A stretch of 21,544 nucleotides of DNA from Archangiaceae bacterium (GCA_043750125.1 JAYVCD010000092.1:1-21544); one strand, 5' to 3'. Shown: positions 1 to 8,860, counted from the first letter of the stretch. Numbers and translations are program-made. The notes: generated by a model not told the origin, from the letters alone.

Positions 1-1
1 C

Positions 2-922
2 ACCAACTCGTTCCGCGTGGTCCACGGGGAAGGAGACGGGCTGCCGGGCGTCGTGATCGACCATTACGCCGGCTGGGCGGTGATGAAGTTGTACTCGGCG
101 GGCTTGACGCCCTATCGCCCTCTGCTGGTCGAGGCGCTGCGGGCTGCGATTCCTGGCCTGAAGGGAATTGTGGGCCGCGATGAAGTCGTGCGCGACGACG
201 ATGCAGACGATGAACGGGGCACCGGGAAGATTCTCTGGGGGCTTCCAGCTCCCGAGACGGTGACCATTCTCGAGCGGGGGACGAAGTTTCTCGTCGACGT
301 CTACCGGGGTCAGAAGACCGGTTTCTTCCTCGACCAGCGCGAAAACCGGGCATTGCTGCGGCGGCTGGGCAAGGGTCGGGATGTCCTCAACTGCTTTTGC
401 TTTTCGGGTGGCTTCTCGGTCAACGCCGCGCTCGGAGGCGCGAAGAGCATTTTCTCTGTCGACCAGGACGAAGACGCGATCGCGCTGGCGAGAGAGAACT
501 TCACGCTCAATGGGGTAGACCCTTCGAAGTTCGACTTCCTTGCCGCCGACGTTTTCACGTTGCTCGATTCGTTCAAGCAAGAAGGTCGGACCTTCGATTT
601 GATCGTGCTCGACCCACCGGCCTTCGCAAAGAGCCAGAAAGACGTTGAAGCGGCTCTCGATGGGTACGCTTCACTCAACCGGCAGGCGCTCAGGTTGTTG
701 CGCCCCAATGGCTTGCTGGTGACCTCGAGCTGTTCAGCGCGAATTACGCCCGAGGCTTTTCTGGGCGCGATCAAGGCGGCCGCTTTCAATGCGGACACCG
801 AGCTCGCGCTGATTGAAGAGCGGTACCAGCCTCCGGATCACCCGATTCGTCTTCAGTTTCCAGAAGGTCGGTACCTGAAGTTCCTCGTGCTTCGGAACAT
901 CGAGCACCCCGCGGAAAGCTGA
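2..922 (+). CDS. rlmI: Class I SAM-dependent rRNA methyltransferase, RlmI/YccW family (5'-truncated)
   Basis: Frame is open from base 2 (TNSFRVVHGEGDGLPGVVIDHY). Family motifs GQKTGFFLDQRENR, VLNCFCFSGGFS (SAM binding), FDLIVLDPPAF, TSSCS (catalytic Cys region) and DHP...FPEGRYLK. The true start lies upstream of the window. Confidence 0.88.
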   Translation, partial: TNSFRVVHGEGDGLPGVVIDHYAGWAVMKLYSAGLTPYRPLLVEALRAAIPGLKGIVGRDEVVRDDDADDERGTGKILWGLPAPETVTILERGTKFLVDVYRGQKTGFFLDQRENRALLRRLGKGRDVLNCFCFSGGFSVNAALGGAKSIFSVDQDEDAIALARENFTLNGVDPSKFDFLAADVFTLLDSFKQEGRTFDLIVLDPPAFAKSQKDVEAALDGYASLNRQALRLLRPNGLLVTSSCSARITPEAFLGAIKAAAFNADTELALIEERYQPPDHPIRLQFPEGRYLKFLVLRNIEHPAES

Positions 923-934
923 AGCGATCGGGCC

Positions 935-1549
935 ATGGTCGCCAAAGGCCAATTTCTCGAGCGCCCGACCTTGGTTCCGGTTGGAAAACACGTGATGGAA
1001 GGCGTGTCGCACCGCGGAACGCTCTCGCCGATCTTGCTCGTTCTTCCCCCGCCCCCTGCCGAGGGAGGAGGAATGGATCACCTCGTGGGCGCAGAGGTTG
1101 CGTTTGCAGCTTCGTCAGCCGGTTTTCCCACCCTGCGCTTCAATTACCGAGGGGTCGGCGCCAGCCAGGGAAATCGGGCCGCCGGTGAGGCGCTGGTGGA
1201 AGATGCCTGTGCGGCCCTCGAGCTGGCCGTGGACAATGCGCGGGGAGCACCGGTGCTGGTGGCGAGCATCAACGGCTCAGACGCCGTCGCTCTCGAGCTG
1301 TTTCGCAGAGAAGGCCAATGGGTCACGGGCCTTTGCCTGATCAGCCCCGCGTCCAGCGATCCGGCGCAGTGGCCTGCGAGCGCCTGGGTGGTGCTCGGCG
1401 AGCACGACCATTCCTTGTCCCGCATTGCAGTGGTCTCGAGTCGCGCCCGGGTAGAGGTGGTGCCCCTGTCCGACCGGGGCTTTCAGCGGGGCTTGGGGGT
1501 CGTAGGTAGGACAGTCGTGTCATGCCTACGGGCAGCAACAACTTCCTGA
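935..1549 (+). CDS. Alpha/beta hydrolase fold protein, probably catalytically degenerate
   Basis: EGGGMDH, GFPTLRFNYRGVGASQG and VVLGEHD segments are typical of small alpha/beta hydrolases. The nucleophile elbow reads ASINGS rather than GxSxG. Confidence 0.8.
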   Translation: MVAKGQFLERPTLVPVGKHVMEGVSHRGTLSPILLVLPPPPAEGGGMDHLVGAEVAFAASSAGFPTLRFNYRGVGASQGNRAAGEALVEDACAALELAVDNARGAPVLVASINGSDAVALELFRREGQWVTGLCLISPASSDPAQWPASAWVVLGEHDHSLSRIAVVSSRARVEVVPLSDRGFQRGLGVVGRTVVSCLRAATTS

Positions 1550-1627
1550 AAACACTAAACTGCGAGTGGTTAACGGAACTTCACCCCAGCCCCCTGGAAT
1601 CCCAATGAAGATCCAATCGTTGCCTCA

Positions 1628-1637
1628 TACGATCGTA
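1628..1637. promoter_or_regulatory. Perfect 10-bp palindrome TACGATCGTA, candidate operator
   Basis: Lies in the AT-rich intergenic stretch 21 nt upstream of the subtilase ATG. The palindrome is seen directly; its function is inferred. Confidence 0.25.
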
Positions 1638-1658
1638 ATGAATTTAACGGGGATCACC

Positions 1659-3557
1659 ATGTCCAAAACAGCCGCCATTCTCTTCAGTGCTGCATTCTTG
1701 GTTGCCTGTGCAAAACAGCAGGACCGGACGGCGGTGGCGCTCCACGACCTGACGCGCCCTTCCTTCACAGTGGCAGAGCTTCCCGATGATCTGAGCTCGC
1801 ACGTCGGTGGTGCAATCGTGGTCGACTTCAAGGACGGCACCACCAAAGCCCAGTTCGATGCGATCGAGCAGCAGTGGGGAATCGATCTCGAGTTGGCAGA
1901 TGAAGAAGAGGGAGTCGACAGCGCGATCACTGTTGCCTCGGGCATTGACGAACAAGACGAAGACGCTCTGCTCGAGCGAATTCGTGCGAACCCCGACGTC
2001 GAGGCGGCCGAGCCGCTGATGCGGCTGAAGGCAAGCTTTGTCCCGAACGATCCGGACTACGCCAAGCAGTGGAACCTGAAGATGATCAACATCCCCAAGG
2101 CGTGGGACAAGTCTCACGGCAAGGGCGTGGTGGTCGCAGTGCTCGACACCGGCATTGCGTACGAGGACTACCAGGACTTCAAGCAGGTGCCCGACCTGAA
2201 AGGAACGAAGTTCGTCGAAGGCTACGACTTCGTGAACCGCGACAAGCACGCCAATGACGATCACGGACACGGAACGCACGTCGCCGGCACGATTGCGCAA
2301 GCGACCAACAACGGAGCGGGCGTAGCGGGTGTGGCATTCGAAGCGACCCTGATGCCGGTGAAGGTGCTCGACGCTTTTGGCTCGGGCAGCTCGGCCGGCA
2401 TTTCTGATGCGATTCGTTGGGCGGCCGATCACGGGGCGCAGGTGATCAACATGTCACTGGGCGGTGGGGGCCGATCGCAGGTGATGGGAAACGCGATCGA
2501 ATACGCGCGAAAGAAAGGCGTGGTGGTCGTGTGCGCTGCCGGCAATGGTGGCCGAGGCGTGGTCGAGTATCCCGCCGCTTACCCCGGGTCAGTCGCGGTC
2601 GGTGCGGTGGGGCCCACCGGCACCAAGGCGCCGTATTCGTCCTGGGGAAAAGAGCTGGATGTGGCGGCGCCTGGTGGCGACAAAAGTCAGGGTGAGGAGG
2701 GAGGAATTCTGCAGAACACCATCGCTCCCGGCGACTATACGAAGTCGGTCTACGCCTACTACCAGGGGACGAGCATGGCGACTCCCCACGTGGCTGCGGT
2801 CGCTGCCCTGCTCTATGCGGCCGGGGCAAAAAATCCGGACCAGGTCGAGAAGGCGATCTTTGCCTCGGCCCACCCTCCTGCGGGTCAGACCGGCTGGAGC
2901 GAGACCTACGGCCACGGGGTGATCGACGCGGAAGCCTCGCTCAAGGCATTGGCCAAACTCCAGGCCGAAGGCGATGCCGCACTCACGCTCGTGCCCACCC
3001 TTGCCGACAAAGCGACGAAGGCTGACAGCCGGGAAGTCGGCGCGATGGGTTTTGGCGACATGAACTGGAACCCGCTGGCCTGGGCCGCAGGTCTGCTCGC
3101 ATTCGTGCTGCTGACCCTCGGAAAGAAAGAACGCCCCGGGTTCTTCAACCTGCTCTTCACCCCGTCCTTTGCCATTCCTCTCGTGCTGGTCACGATCGGG
3201 TTGTTCTTCTTGCGCTTCTTCATGGCCCCGTCCGAGATGTCGGTGCTGTGGACTCTGCCGATCCCCGAGTGGCTCCAGAAGATCATTTTCGGTCGTGGAT
3301 CGCTTGCGAACCCCATCGTCTACAGCGCCTCGCTTCCGCTTCTGCTTTCGTTCATCGCGATCAAGTTCAAGGCCTGGCGTCCGGCCGTAGGCGGCCTCGC
3401 GCTCGGGTTTGCGGCCATCCTTGGTTACTCCGCGTGGGCGGGCGCCCCGGCATTGGCCTGGCTGCCCTTTACTTTCATGGCCATTCCGTTTCTGGTCCTC
3501 AATGCGCTGGTCTGCCTGTTCGTGGCCCGCGCGATGCTGCGCCCGGTGAAGCCGTGA
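1659..3557 (+). CDS. S8 (subtilisin-like) serine peptidase with lipoprotein signal and C-terminal multi-pass membrane domain (DUF5942-like)
   Basis: Triad Asp in VAVLDTG (2145), His in HGHGTHVAG (2268), Ser in GTSMATPHVA (2772); oxyanion AAGN. ATG 1659 follows GGGGA and opens MSKTAAILFSAAFLVAC (lipobox LVAC). About 5 hydrophobic helices in the last ~160 aa. The ORF-track start at 1566 is probably too long. Confidence 0.93.
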   Translation: MSKTAAILFSAAFLVACAKQQDRTAVALHDLTRPSFTVAELPDDLSSHVGGAIVVDFKDGTTKAQFDAIEQQWGIDLELADEEEGVDSAITVASGIDEQDEDALLERIRANPDVEAAEPLMRLKASFVPNDPDYAKQWNLKMINIPKAWDKSHGKGVVVAVLDTGIAYEDYQDFKQVPDLKGTKFVEGYDFVNRDKHANDDHGHGTHVAGTIAQATNNGAGVAGVAFEATLMPVKVLDAFGSGSSAGISDAIRWAADHGAQVINMSLGGGGRSQVMGNAIEYARKKGVVVVCAAGNGGRGVVEYPAAYPGSVAVGAVGPTGTKAPYSSWGKELDVAAPGGDKSQGEEGGILQNTIAPGDYTKSVYAYYQGTSMATPHVAAVAALLYAAGAKNPDQVEKAIFASAHPPAGQTGWSETYGHGVIDAEASLKALAKLQAEGDAALTLVPTLADKATKADSREVGAMGFGDMNWNPLAWAAGLLAFVLLTLGKKERPGFFNLLFTPSFAIPLVLVTIGLFFLRFFMAPSEMSVLWTLPIPEWLQKIIFGRGSLANPIVYSASLPLLLSFIAIKFKAWRPAVGGLALGFAAILGYSAWAGAPALAWLPFTFMAIPFLVLNALVCLFVARAMLRPVKP

Positions 3558-3769
3558 AGGTCATTGGTGAAGTGAAATTTCAGGACATTGAGATGGGGGT
3601 TTGGACCCTCGCCTCGGATGACGGAAAGACGTACCTGCTGGCCGGGGGCGATCGACAGCTCAAGAAGCCGGGCTCGCGGGTCGAGGCGGAAGGAGATCTC
3701 GATTCCGAATCGCTCAACATCGCGATGGTCGGGCCAAAGTTCACTGTGAAGAGCTACCGGTTCATCTGA
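3554..3769 (+). CDS. Small beta-rich protein, DUF5818-like (71 aa)
   Basis: GTGA overlap with the subtilase stop. Sequence MKVIGEVKFQDIEMGVWTLASDDGKTYLLAGG...GSRVEAEG...AMVGPKFTVKSY. It is the C-terminal part of ORF 3248..3769. Confidence 0.75.
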   Translation: MKVIGEVKFQDIEMGVWTLASDDGKTYLLAGGDRQLKKPGSRVEAEGDLDSESLNIAMVGPKFTVKSYRFI

Positions 3770-4880
3770 CCGACTTCCGGGTCGTTTCGCGATCAGCCAG
3801 TGCGGCCTTGCGCGCCAGCTCATACTCATTGAGCTTCGCTTCTCCGCGTCGAACTTCCTTGCGGAGCACGTAGAGCGCTTCCCAGGCCTCTTTCGCCGCC
3901 TGGCCATCGGTCGGCTTTGGTTCTTTGAGTGGGTTGAAGGCGTCAACGAGGTTGAGCCGCACTCCCGGGCCATCGATCGTGAGCAGTGCGGCGAGGGCGA
4001 TCAAGGCGGCGAGGATCCAGGCTCCCACCAGGTTCGGGTAGCTGGAGACTGGCTTGGGTGTTTCGTCGGCGCGCGCCGGGGCATTGAGCGCCGCGGGCCA
4101 CCGCCTGGCCAACCCCCACAAGGCCCACAGCAAAGGCACAGCGGCGGCGATCATCACCAAAGGAACCCACCAGGAAAGATCGTCTTCGGACTTGGAGTCC
4201 TTCGAGGCGAAGTAGATGGCAACCGAGACCGAATTGTTGGCCAGGTGGGCAAAGACCCCGGGCCAGATGGACCCCGAGCGCAGCATCAAGAACCCGAAGA
4301 CGAGGCCCAGCTCGAAGCGGGCAAGAAAACCGATCGGATCGAGGTGAAACGCGCTGAAAACGACCGCTGTGACAATCACGGCTTTGCGTGCCCCCAACTG
4401 CTTTTCGGCTCCTCGCTGCATCAACCCCCGAAAGAAAAATTCTTCGCAAAAAGGCGCTGCGAGGCAGACCCCCGACACCACGAGGAAGAGTTCGAGTGGG
4501 GTCTGATGTTTGAAGATTCCGCTCACATCGAAGAGCTCAACCAGTTCCTTCGGAGCCAGGCTCTGGGACGCAATCTGGAGCGGCACGACCGCGGCAAAAA
4601 AGTTCACCACCCCGACCCCGAAGCCAAAGGCTGCGCCGGCTGCCCAGGGGCGGCGTGCGCCGGCGGTACTAAAGGCGTCGTAGCCTGACAGCCGCAGCAC
4701 GAGGAAGGGGGCGGCGAAGAAGACGAAAATTTCTGCAAACCACAGCCCAAACGCGATGTTGACCAGCTGCGAGGCGACTCCGATCGTGATGAACAAAAAT
4801 CCGGTCACCACCGCCCCGAAGATGGCAACCGTGAATAGCGGCGGAAGTGGGGGCTGCGGATCAGAAGGTGCTTGGGTCAC
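3762..4880 (-). CDS. CPBP (CAAX/Abi) family intramembrane glutamic endopeptidase
   Basis: Motifs APFCEEFFFRG, FSAFH and HLANN in the expected order; many TM helices; overlaps the convergent gene by 8 bp. Confidence 0.92.
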   Translation of the reverse strand: MTQAPSDPQPPLPPLFTVAIFGAVVTGFLFITIGVASQLVNIAFGLWFAEIFVFFAAPFLVLRLSGYDAFSTAGARRPWAAGAAFGFGVGVVNFFAAVVPLQIASQSLAPKELVELFDVSGIFKHQTPLELFLVVSGVCLAAPFCEEFFFRGLMQRGAEKQLGARKAVIVTAVVFSAFHLDPIGFLARFELGLVFGFLMLRSGSIWPGVFAHLANNSVSVAIYFASKDSKSEDDLSWWVPLVMIAAAVPLLWALWGLARRWPAALNAPARADETPKPVSSYPNLVGAWILAALIALAALLTIDGPGVRLNLVDAFNPLKEPKPTDGQAAKEAWEALYVLRKEVRRGEAKLNEYELARKAALADRETTRKSVR

Positions 4881-4893
4881 TGGAGGCGGTCGT

Positions 4894-4899
4894 TATACT
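4894..4899 (+). promoter_or_regulatory. Candidate -10 element (TATACT) in a 27-bp divergent gap
   Basis: TATACT lies 8 nt before GTG 4908. An overlapping TATAAC on the - strand lies 11 nt before the CPBP GTG. Neither start has a well-spaced SD. Confidence 0.4.
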
Positions 4900-4907
4900 C
4901 GCTGGCC

Positions 4908-6302
4908 GTGAAGCTTCGAGGTCTCGCGTGGTTGCTGCTGGTGCTGCCCACGCTCGCTGGAGCCTCGGCGTTCAGGCTCGAATCACGCACCGAAGCCCAG
5001 CTCTACAGCTTCCGAAGCTTTCGCGACGGCGATCCCGACACGTTAACGCTGCTGCCCCGGCGGCGCCTGGTGCAGTACCTGGGTCTCGAGGCGTACGAGC
5101 TGATCACGGGGGAACCGCTGGGTTTCGAGACCTCGCTTCGGGTGTTTGCCGATTGGGGCCTGCCCCATGGCGAAGCGGCCCGGGTGGACGGAGTGCGCAG
5201 CGAAGACGCAGACCTGCTCTACGCCAACGTCTCGTATCGGGGTGAGCACCTGCAGGTTCGGGTGGGCCGCCAGACCTACGTCGATCTGATGGACTTCGCG
5301 TCGTTCGATGGCGCCACGGTTCGCTACGTCCACAAGATTGGCATTGGTGCCGAGGCGTATGCCGGGCTGTGGGTCAAAGGCAGCAGCGTGCTGGCCTCGT
5401 CGGTGTACCAACCGGACGGAATTCGAGAATGCGACCTGCGCCGGGTGGGCCTGATGGTGGCCCGGCCCTATGCAGCGCTGGACGACATCGAGCCGCTGGT
5501 GGGAGCCAAGTTGCTGGTCGAGAACATGGCCGGCTTCTCGGGTTCCTTCGGTTTTCGGCAAGCCTGGTTGTCCGGGAAGACAGACATTCAGCGGCTGTCG
5601 CTGGAGGCAAAATACGGAAAATCTCGAGGGCTCAACTTCGTCGGGGGCGTCGAGTACGACCTCGTATTGCCGCGGGTCTCGAACTTTCGGCTGCAGGGCC
5701 GGTTCGACGGCGCCGAGATCGCGGTGCTGGCTGAAGTGATGCGGGTGACGCCGGTTCTTTCGGCGGACTCGATCTTTCTCTACTTCGCCACCGCGCCCCG
5801 CGATGCGGCGCGGGTCCGGGCCGATTACTACCCTTCAGGGCCGTTTCGCTTCTACGCGCAGGTCAACGCGGATCTCTACAACACAGGGTTGAATCCGGAC
5901 TCGGCGGTGGCAGGAGCGATCAAGGACCCCACGACGCCCGCTCCTTCGCCTTTGGCTTTCGGGGGCAGTCTGGGAACGGGCTGGCGGCAGGGGTCGGTGC
6001 GGGGTGGGCTCGATGGGACGCTCAAGGTGGGGTACGGCGGGCGGCAGATCTGGGTCGACTTGAACCTGGGCTGGGCTCCTGAAAATGGAGTTTTCTCGCT
6101 CGACGGCAGATTGAGCTTTGCGAACGTCCAGGACTCTTTGAATACAAGGTTGAAGGGCAATTTCTTCGGCGGGCAACTGTGGGGCAGCTACTTCTTCAGC
6201 CGGAACACGAGGGCCTCGCTGGTGCTGGAAGAGAACCTGAACGCGTTTTCGAAGTCGGATACCAAGGTGTTTTTCATGCTCGATTGGAAGATCACGCTCT
6301 GA
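4908..6302 (+). CDS. Exported hypothetical protein, putative outer-membrane beta-barrel
   Basis: GTG 4908 opens a Sec-type signal (MKLRGLAWLLLVLPTLAGA). The rest shows alternating hydrophobic/polar strands rich in G, Y, F and W (LLYANVSYRG, LQVRVGRQ, IGAEAYAG, FVGGVEYD, IWVDLNLGW) and ends KVFFMLDWKITL. No long TM helices. Confidence 0.7.
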   Translation: MKLRGLAWLLLVLPTLAGASAFRLESRTEAQLYSFRSFRDGDPDTLTLLPRRRLVQYLGLEAYELITGEPLGFETSLRVFADWGLPHGEAARVDGVRSEDADLLYANVSYRGEHLQVRVGRQTYVDLMDFASFDGATVRYVHKIGIGAEAYAGLWVKGSSVLASSVYQPDGIRECDLRRVGLMVARPYAALDDIEPLVGAKLLVENMAGFSGSFGFRQAWLSGKTDIQRLSLEAKYGKSRGLNFVGGVEYDLVLPRVSNFRLQGRFDGAEIAVLAEVMRVTPVLSADSIFLYFATAPRDAARVRADYYPSGPFRFYAQVNADLYNTGLNPDSAVAGAIKDPTTPAPSPLAFGGSLGTGWRQGSVRGGLDGTLKVGYGGRQIWVDLNLGWAPENGVFSLDGRLSFANVQDSLNTRLKGNFFGGQLWGSYFFSRNTRASLVLEENLNAFSKSDTKVFFMLDWKITL

Positions 6303-8839
6303 ACGCGCCTCCCCAGGTTCACACCCGCTTCGCGGAAAGCGCGGAGGCGTTTCGGCGGTTCTTCATCGAGCTCAAAGAGGCGTTTCTCGAACGCGATGCG
6401 CTGTTTACCCAGATTGAGTTGGCGCTGCTGTGTCGCGAGCACGTGTTGATCATCGGCCCGCCGGGGACGGCAAAAAGTGCCGTGGCCTCTGCGGTGTTGG
6501 GCAGGATTCTCGATGAAGAGACCAACAAGCCGTCGCTGTTCTCGAAGCAGCTGGCGGAAAACACGGTTCAGACAGATCTGATCGGACCCATCGACTTCAA
6601 GGTTCTCACCGAGACGGGCCGCACCGAGTACCTCACGGACGACGGGATGCTGGGCGCGCACCACGCGTTCCTCGATGAGGTTTTTGACGGTCGAGACATG
6701 TTGCTGCGCAGCATCTTGAATGTGCTGCATGAGCGCGAGTTGAAGCACGGGAGGAAGGTGACTCCGGGCCGCTGCGAGTGCGCGATCATGACCAGCAACC
6801 GGTACTTGTCAGAAGTGGTGGCTCGATCGCCCGAGACGCTTCAGGCGTTTGCCGACCGAATCAGCTTCATCTGTTTCTGCCCCAAGTCGTTTGCCCGGAA
6901 GTCGAGCCGTTCGCAGATGCTGCTGCGGGCGTCGGAAGGACAGCGGTTCACGTTGAAGTCGCAGCTGAGCCTGCAGCAATTGGACGTGCTGCAGGACATG
7001 GTCTCGGCGGTCGAAATTCCGGGCCAGATGGCCGAAGGGCTCGAGCTGTTGGCCGAAGCGCTCGAGCGCGAGCTGCTGATGCAGGTGGTCAAGCTGCCCG
7101 ACTACGTTCCCACCAAATACTTCTCGCAGCGCTCGATGGTCAAGGCGCTGTGGGCGCTGAAGGCGATCGTGGTGCGCGACAAGATCCTTCGGCGGCCCGA
7201 GCGCCGGTTGATTGCGCTCCCCGACGACCTCGCGATGCTGCGGTACTTTTTTCTGCTCGGAGGCCCACCGGTCGCAGAGATCGAGCAGCTGTTGAAGACG
7301 GTTGCCGACCCGCGTGAGCGTGCGCAGCTGGAAATCATCCGGGTCGAGCACAAGGCCTTTGATGACGCGCTCGCGAAGATCGAACCCAACCTCGAAGGCG
7401 GCATCGAGCGTGAAGCCGCCGAGCTGTCGATGAAAGAGGACATCGCTGCTTCGGACGCGGCGACGCGCTCGTGGAACCCAGCCGTCGGAAGCACGGTGTC
7501 GAAGTCATTGCGCGACAAGCTCGTGCCGGGGCCCCGCCACCGTGAAAACCGGGTTCCGCTGGTCAATGCCGCGTTGATCCTCGTCGGGGGCATGGAACAA
7601 CGGCTGCAACGCGGAATGGCAGGGCAGGGCGAAGGACGCGGGGGCGTGGCGCTGCTCGGGTCATTCGCCGATGTGGTGGAACTCACCCGCAGTGTTCCCG
7701 AGTTGCAGCCTCGTCTGCCGCAGCTGGCGCGCAACGTGGTCGAGTTCTGCAAGCAGGCGGCGCAGATGATTTCGCTGTCGGCCGAAGGCACCGAGTACGA
7801 CGACGCGCTGAAGCTCGAAGGCCTCACCGGGCTTGCGACCACGCTCGCCGAAGAGCTGTCGCGGGTGGTCGAGCTGCTTCAAACGGTGGGCTCGTGGGCC
7901 GGTGACACCGTCGAGGGCGCAAGGCAGCTGAGCCAGCAGGCCAGAGAACGGGTGGCGATTGCACTGCGCCGTCGGGCGGCAAGAACGTTTCAGTCGTCGC
8001 GCACCCGGAAGGGTGACCCTCTCGATGCGCTCGCGATCGATTCGCGGCGCCTGCGCGAGCTCGAGCTGGCGTTGGTCGAGCTGTCTGCGTCGCAAAAGGG
8101 GTTGCGGCAAGAGCTGCTGTCGCCCCTGGGTGAAGGCTATGCGCGGGACGTCATCGCGAACGCTCCGTTTACCCGGCTGGAGCAGCTCTCGCGCGCGATC
8201 ACCACCGTGGTCGACAACCTGCGCCGAGAAGGGTGTTCGGTCGAGTCGACCCTGGCCTCGAACCGAAAGACCCTGGAAGATCGGATTTCCGCGTACGCCC
8301 AGTCGATGTCAAAGGCACCGGCAGTGCAGCAGCCCGACGTCCAGCAGGTCATGGGCGGCGAGGCCTACCTGGTCTACCGACAGCAGCTTGCGGCCAGCGC
8401 GCCGGACGGCGAGCTTTCGGTGCTGAACGGACTCGAGGCATTGCTGGCGCCCCCAAACTCGGCCCGCGGTCAGCGCTTCTTTGCCCCGCCGGTGCGCGAG
8501 GCACTTTCGTCGGCCGAGCTTTCCTCGTTGGCCAACCGGATTCGCTTCCTGCGCAGTTGGCTTTCTTTGCTGCTGGGGTCCTTGCCGGCTCCGGAAGAGA
8601 TGAGCGGGCGAAGTGAAGCGGACAAGGCGTTCGACAAACTGGTGAAGAGCCGCTTTCCGATGCTGGCGACCAAGGAAGGCGAGCTGGTACGGCTGCAGGC
8701 AGGAGTGGGGCGGCTCATCGATGAGCCCGGGGAACGTGGGGAGAATGCGCGCAAGCTGGATCATGCGCTGCGAGGCATTGCAGAAGACTTTGCGAGTTTT
8801 TCCAAGCGGCTGCTCGAGGCACGCGCCGCCAGCTCGTAA
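6299..8839 (+). CDS. RavA/MoxR-family AAA+ ATPase with long helical C-terminal extension
   Basis: FLERD...LALLCREHVLIIGPPGTAKS (Walker A 6455-6478), DLIGP, AFLDE (Walker B 6665-6679), TSN sensor 1 and AFADR arginine finger match the RavA-type pattern. Start uncertain: CTG 6299 (overlaps the upstream stop) or TTG 6284; the ORF-track start at 6179 overlaps the upstream gene by 124 bp. Confidence 0.9.
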   Translation: MNAPPQVHTRFAESAEAFRRFFIELKEAFLERDALFTQIELALLCREHVLIIGPPGTAKSAVASAVLGRILDEETNKPSLFSKQLAENTVQTDLIGPIDFKVLTETGRTEYLTDDGMLGAHHAFLDEVFDGRDMLLRSILNVLHERELKHGRKVTPGRCECAIMTSNRYLSEVVARSPETLQAFADRISFICFCPKSFARKSSRSQMLLRASEGQRFTLKSQLSLQQLDVLQDMVSAVEIPGQMAEGLELLAEALERELLMQVVKLPDYVPTKYFSQRSMVKALWALKAIVVRDKILRRPERRLIALPDDLAMLRYFFLLGGPPVAEIEQLLKTVADPRERAQLEIIRVEHKAFDDALAKIEPNLEGGIEREAAELSMKEDIAASDAATRSWNPAVGSTVSKSLRDKLVPGPRHRENRVPLVNAALILVGGMEQRLQRGMAGQGEGRGGVALLGSFADVVELTRSVPELQPRLPQLARNVVEFCKQAAQMISLSAEGTEYDDALKLEGLTGLATTLAEELSRVVELLQTVGSWAGDTVEGARQLSQQARERVAIALRRRAARTFQSSRTRKGDPLDALAIDSRRLRELELALVELSASQKGLRQELLSPLGEGYARDVIANAPFTRLEQLSRAITTVVDNLRREGCSVESTLASNRKTLEDRISAYAQSMSKAPAVQQPDVQQVMGGEAYLVYRQQLAASAPDGELSVLNGLEALLAPPNSARGQRFFAPPVREALSSAELSSLANRIRFLRSWLSLLLGSLPAPEEMSGRSEADKAFDKLVKSRFPMLATKEGELVRLQAGVGRLIDEPGERGENARKLDHALRGIAEDFASFSKRLLEARAASS

Positions 8840-8860
8840 GTCGAAGTCGGAGCATTCCCA

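Noticed and set aside
6306-6349. CGCCTCC/GGAGGCG inverted repeat at the start of the ATPase gene
   Set aside because: Long loop, no U-tract, inside coding sequence; plausible by chance at this GC content.
6299-8839. Calling the ATPase Vps4, or a true ravA orthologue
   Set aside because: Motifs are MoxR/RavA-type with no N-terminal MIT domain, so it is not Vps4. The long unrelated C-terminus prevents asserting ravA orthology.
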